Below the pieces are notes generated by a model. It had not been told where the DNA came from, made no database searches, and saw nothing but the letters and a program-made list of their open reading frames with translations. A DNA stretch of 37,008 bases from Candidatus Udaeobacter sp. (lineage in GTDB: Bacteria > Verrucomicrobiota > Verrucomicrobiia > Chthoniobacterales > UBA10450): NCBI GenBank assembly GCA_036269155.1, contig DATASP010000152.1:1-37008 (forward strand), given 5' to 3'. A program made the translations under genes and the position numbers. Below, piece by piece: positions 33,378 to 37,008 of this stretch; positions within the stretch are counted from its first letter, which is position 1; every line of letters begins with the position of its first letter.

Positions 33378-36218
33378 CTAAGGCGGAGGATGAAATCCGA
33401 AGTCGTTCTCCAATTTTCCCCACAGCCAATCAACGAACCAATCTTTCTTGATTGAGTTGGCGTTGGTGCCGGCAAGCGCTTCCGCTTTGTCCACGCTGCC
33501 GTTCAAGCAGTACAGGTATGTAAGCAAGAACGTGTCGTTCGGACTCAATGCGCCGCGATCTCTCTCCCCCTCGAGTAGGCGAATTGCTGCGTTGACGTCC
33601 CGCCGCGCCAGCGCTCCCGCAATTAAATCCGCCATTATTTCCAGCGGTGGCGCTTGCGATCTCTTCGCGACTCGCTCGGCAATGGCCAGCCGGAATCCGT
33701 CACTCTTGAGCACCTCCAACACCGGTATTCGCAAGCCAGAATGACGCAGATAAAGATCCAGTTCGGCCAGCTTGTTGCTTCCAACCGTCTCGGATAGATA
33801 GCGCGACTCGCGAATGACAAAGAATGATTCCATCGACGAGTTCAGCGTCTCTGGCCAAACCGCAGCGACCAACGGAGAATGAAGGAAACGTTGGAGCGCC
33901 GGAAGCGCCTCCATGTACGTGAAAGCAAAGCGCTGGCTTGCTTCGTCGTCCCACGCGGCATCGCTCAGCCGCTTCGGATAATTATCCGTAAGCGGCGAGA
34001 CGTCACGCGTGATCCGATCGATCTCTTGGCTGTCCATGAGAAAAAGAGCGCCCAATTGTTGCGGAACCTCGATACCGATTCTCCTCAAATCGCCGCCCGA
34101 ATCTGGGTGGCTCCATAATTGCCGGATTTCCTCCTCCGGCACCTTGCGTCCCGGCCCTTTGATGCCCATCATGATCCAGTCCTGATCGGCCCCGGCCCAA
34201 ACCGAAGAGTTTGAGAAAGCATCATGGAATGCACGAAGAATTGCTTTCGTTTCCTCGACTTTCAGCTGATTGATGGGCAGCCAAAAGGTGGCGATTCCGC
34301 CTTCCTTCAGCCGACTGTTCATGAGCGAGAAGAATTGGTGCGTATAGAGATTAACCGAGCCCGCTACTTTGGGCGGGGGCGGTTCTCCCGAAATGATGTC
34401 GTACTGTCGCGGGCTGGCCTGAAGAAAGAAGCGGCCGTCCTGCACGACAGCGTGTGTGCGTGGATCACGCAATGGATTGGAGTAATTGATGCCGGAATAA
34501 AAATCAGCGAGCGCGAACACCTCCTTGGAAATGTCCACCACATCCATCCGTTTAACGTGCGACCCATGGAGAAACGCATCCGCTGTGACGCCGCAGCCAT
34601 AAGAAATAAGCAACACGTCTTCTGATTCCTGACGAAAAGCCAACGGAAGATAAGCAAACAATCTCATGTAGCGCTGGCTGTACGGATTTGTGGCCGACAT
34701 CGAAAATGCGTTGGTCAGCAACCGGTAGTAATACGGTTCGCCGAAAAGATCGCGCCGCAGCAACTGCCACGTGTCCGAAGTGCCCTCGATCCTTTTCACT
34801 ACATGTTCAAGCACATGGCCGTGCTTATCCATTTCGTAAGGCCGACTCGCGTGCGCGAAGTGTGATTCAACGCGTTGGTAAGGAAAAAATGCGAGCAGCA
34901 GAACTACGGTTGCGCAAAGCGCGATTGTGACCAGACCGATTGGCCGCCGAATTGACCAATCTGCGCGGTCGGTCACGAGGATGCTAAGCAAAGCGTATCC
35001 CGCGGCGCAAAATATGAGGCTCCACTGATAGCCGATGGCCGGCAGCAGGACGATGCTTGCAGCAAGCGGGCCGACCGCGGCTCCCGCCGTATTGAATAAC
35101 GTCGCGATGCCAGTGCTCTTCATGCGGTCTTCCACTCTCGCCTGAACATTTGCCACGATGGATGGAAACAGGATTCCTGAGAGTAAACTGACGGGGAACA
35201 TCAGGGCGATGGATAATAGCGCGATCTGCCACCAGCGCAGCTCGAAGACGCCAGTCGGCGCAGGAAATAATTCACCCGGGAAAAACAGATACGACAGGAG
35301 GACCAAAATCGCCGTGCTCAACAGCAACGCCGGAAGCAAGTGATTCGGTTGAGCCTCGGAGCGATGAATCGCGCCACCCAGAATTGCTCCTGCACCAATG
35401 CCTGCCAGCACAACCGCGAGCATGACGGCAAACGCGGTCGGCGACGATGCGACATACAACCGCAGAAACCGGAACCAAATCACTTCCAGCGCAAGAAGAA
35501 TGCAGCCCGTCCCAAAGCTGACGAAAAGCAAACGCCACGGAGGCCGATACGTCACACTCAAGCGGAGCGGAAACGTTCGCTGCAAAACATTCGTGCCGCT
35601 CTCGCCTTCGCGTTTTGCCACGATCAGAGCGACTGCGGCGGCCATGCAAACCGCCAAGCCCGCGGCCAAGCTCGTGCCTCGAAGTCCAAATGCCGCTATT
35701 AGATAACCTTCGCCGAGCACAGCGCCCGCTACGGCGCCCAGTGTATTGAACCCATACAGAAAACCAATCGCGCGCGCAAAATTCGTTTGCCGCAACACTG
35801 GGTCCTCGATCAACACAGGAAGCGTCAACCCCATGGCCGTCGTCGGGACAAGCAGAATCAGGAAAGACACAATGAACCGCAGTCCGAGCAGGGTGGGCTG
35901 ATAATTCCACAGCGTTTGCCACACGGGCCGCATCAATTCGCCGAGCACCGGAAGGCCAAAGACGATTGTACAGCCAAACAGAGCGACGAACAGCTCCAGC
36001 AACGCGTAAAGATGAAGCGGACGCCATCGCCGAATTCTCGATGACGCCGCGATCGCGCTTCCTAGCGCCAGACCCCCCATGAAACTGGAGAGAATCAACG
36101 CTGCCGCCCAAACTGAATTGCCAAATGCCAGCCCGCTCAATCGCAACCACAGAGTTTCGAAAATCAGAGCGCCAATTCCTGACAGGAACAGGACACCACA
36201 AAGGACGGCGACGCGCAT
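33378..36218 (-). CDS. Fused polytopic membrane domain / spermidine-synthase-fold domain / C-terminal helical-repeat protein
   Basis: The N-terminus MRVAVLCGVLFLSGIGALIFETLWLRLSGLAFGNSVWA is followed by about 12 or more TMs, typical of fused MFS/spermidine synthase proteins. The Rossmann region VLLISYGCGVTADAF...VDVVDISKEV...VVQDGRFFL...YDIISGEPPPP aligns to the SpeE blocks. I prefer the ATG at 36218 to the GTG at 36254. Confidence 0.8.
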   Translation of the reverse strand: MRVAVLCGVLFLSGIGALIFETLWLRLSGLAFGNSVWAAALILSSFMGGLALGSAIAASSRIRRWRPLHLYALLELFVALFGCTIVFGLPVLGELMRPVWQTLWNYQPTLLGLRFIVSFLILLVPTTAMGLTLPVLIEDPVLRQTNFARAIGFLYGFNTLGAVAGAVLGEGYLIAAFGLRGTSLAAGLAVCMAAAVALIVAKREGESGTNVLQRTFPLRLSVTYRPPWRLLFVSFGTGCILLALEVIWFRFLRLYVASSPTAFAVMLAVVLAGIGAGAILGGAIHRSEAQPNHLLPALLLSTAILVLLSYLFFPGELFPAPTGVFELRWWQIALLSIALMFPVSLLSGILFPSIVANVQARVEDRMKSTGIATLFNTAGAAVGPLAASIVLLPAIGYQWSLIFCAAGYALLSILVTDRADWSIRRPIGLVTIALCATVVLLLAFFPYQRVESHFAHASRPYEMDKHGHVLEHVVKRIEGTSDTWQLLRRDLFGEPYYYRLLTNAFSMSATNPYSQRYMRLFAYLPLAFRQESEDVLLISYGCGVTADAFLHGSHVKRMDVVDISKEVFALADFYSGINYSNPLRDPRTHAVVQDGRFFLQASPRQYDIISGEPPPPKVAGSVNLYTHQFFSLMNSRLKEGGIATFWLPINQLKVEETKAILRAFHDAFSNSSVWAGADQDWIMMGIKGPGRKVPEEEIRQLWSHPDSGGDLRRIGIEVPQQLGALFLMDSQEIDRITRDVSPLTDNYPKRLSDAAWDDEASQRFAFTYMEALPALQRFLHSPLVAAVWPETLNSSMESFFVIRESRYLSETVGSNKLAELDLYLRHSGLRIPVLEVLKSDGFRLAIAERVAKRSQAPPLEIMADLIAGALARRDVNAAIRLLEGERDRGALSPNDTFLLTYLYCLNGSVDKAEALAGTNANSIKKDWFVDWLWGKLENDFGFHPPP

Positions 36219-36270
36219 TGGTTGGGGCGATCTGGTAGGTACCTTCGGACGCACGGTGGTGTTCGATCTA

Positions 36271-37008
36271 CTACGGGTTCGCCGGAGCTGCCTCAGCCAG
36301 TTGCGGCCCTCCTGGTAAGGTGCGCAGCAAGAACGACTCCTTCATGGCCGCGCTTGTAACGCCGGGAAAGCGTCCACGCCTGTGCGGCGTATCTGGACGC
36401 CAGCCCAAGACGCCCAGCATCAAGCAAAAGCCGACCAGATATGCGACGATAATGTACCAGCCGTGACGTAGCCATTGCACTACTGATTTAGTCTCTGGAT
36501 ACATACTAGAGAGCGCCACACCGGATGATGATCCAAACCAGATAATTGAGCCACCAAAACCGACAACATACGCGAGAAAACCCCAGTCGTAACCACCCTG
36601 CTTGATCGCCAATGCTGTGAGCGGAATGTTATCGAAAACAGCCGATACAAATCCAAGGCCGAGAGCTGTCTTCCAAGATGCCACCGGCAACTCTTCGACC
36701 GGCATCATAGAGGCGGTCAACACGAGAGATAGTAGAAAAATGCAACTGCGGAACGCTGGTGGAATTACGTTCCACTCCGGCGCACGAAACACGATTGAAA
36801 CCAGAATTGCTGTCCAAACAGCCAGTCCGATAAACGGAAAGCGATCTGCGTACCCCGGGAACTTGATATTCGTGGTGACATTCGCGATGAGAGCGAACGC
36901 GAGAATCAGTCCAATGACTGCAACACGAACCCAATCGATTCGGATACGAGTACGAGCGTGCGCTAGCATCGGCGAGTATCTCTGTTGTTTGATAGCGGCG
37001 GGAATCCC
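36271..37008 (-). CDS. NhaD/ArsB-type ion transporter superfamily permease, C-terminal part; the N-terminus probably lies beyond the window edge
   Basis: GFVSAVFDNIPLTALAIKQGGYDWGFLAYVVGFGGSIIWFGSSSGVAL resembles the second SAV.DN(I/V)P hairpin block of NhaD-type antiporters. The frame stays open for the 13 codons upstream of the listed ATG (36969), up to base 37008. 232 aa is about half the usual length for this family. Confidence 0.55.
   Translation of the reverse strand, partial: GIPAAIKQQRYSPMLAHARTRIRIDWVRVAVIGLILAFALIANVTTNIKFPGYADRFPFIGLAVWTAILVSIVFRAPEWNVIPPAFRSCIFLLSLVLTASMMPVEELPVASWKTALGLGFVSAVFDNIPLTALAIKQGGYDWGFLAYVVGFGGSIIWFGSSSGVALSSMYPETKSVVQWLRHGWYIIVAYLVGFCLMLGVLGWRPDTPHRRGRFPGVTSAAMKESFLLRTLPGGPQLAEAAPANP

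Noticed and set aside
35272-36201. 309-aa minus-strand ORF in an alternative frame of the SpeE-like fusion gene
   Set aside because: Its Arg/Ser/Gly-rich composition is typical of an off-frame reading of a GC-rich membrane-protein gene. The other frame has clear family motifs.
1-37008. Mobile elements, CRISPR arrays, tRNA/rRNA genes, and defence or toxin-antitoxin systems
   Set aside because: No transposase, integrase or recombinase-like ORF was seen. No regularly spaced direct repeats were seen. No cloverleaf-like or rRNA-like segments were noticed in the short intergenic regions. Nearly all sequence is accounted for by the long CDSs above.

Overview
This window looks like a piece of a diderm bacterial chromosome. 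The gene content (TMTC-like TPR membrane proteins, a fused membrane/spermidine-synthase-like protein, a large TonB-dependent receptor) suggests Verrucomicrobiota or Planctomycetota, but that is a low-confidence inference. I ran no database searches. Every call comes from reading the six-frame translations and the DNA by eye, and most start codons are uncertain because the ORF track starts at the first ATG/GTG/TTG.

Left flank (1-7.2 kb), mostly housekeeping:
- an edge-truncated secreted TPR protein that is missing from the ORF track
- coaX, hemB, an MmcB-like nuclease-fold protein and gpmI
- a membrane-anchored alkaline-phosphatase homologue whose catalytic residues look degenerate

Core (7.2-29.4 kb), an unusually dense envelope glycosylation island:
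- an extended SDR epimerase/dehydratase
- a polyprenyl-phosphate glycosyltransferase (GT2, ArnC/GtrB/CsbB-like)
- a SAM methyltransferase
- a YfhO-family protein and two further GT-C-like polytopic proteins
- five paralogous TMTC-like proteins (DUF1736-type GT-C membrane domain plus C-terminal TPR array)
- one protein with an unrecognised His-rich 11-TM domain fused to TPRs

Three decayed gene fragments lie next to island genes and point to repeated rearrangement: a DegT/ArnB-like aminotransferase N-terminus, a TMTC-like N-terminus and a TonB-receptor C-terminus.

Right flank (29.6-37.0 kb), a minus-strand run:
- a partial NhaD-like permease
- a membrane/SpeE-fold/TPR fusion protein
- a possible 35-codon ORF
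- two phased A-tract modules
- a 1083-aa TonB-dependent receptor with an intrinsic terminator

I saw no CRISPR array, tRNA/rRNA gene, transposase or integrase. The best candidate for a previously undescribed system is the multi-paralogue TPR/GT-C glycosylation island, including its His-rich TPR membrane protein.
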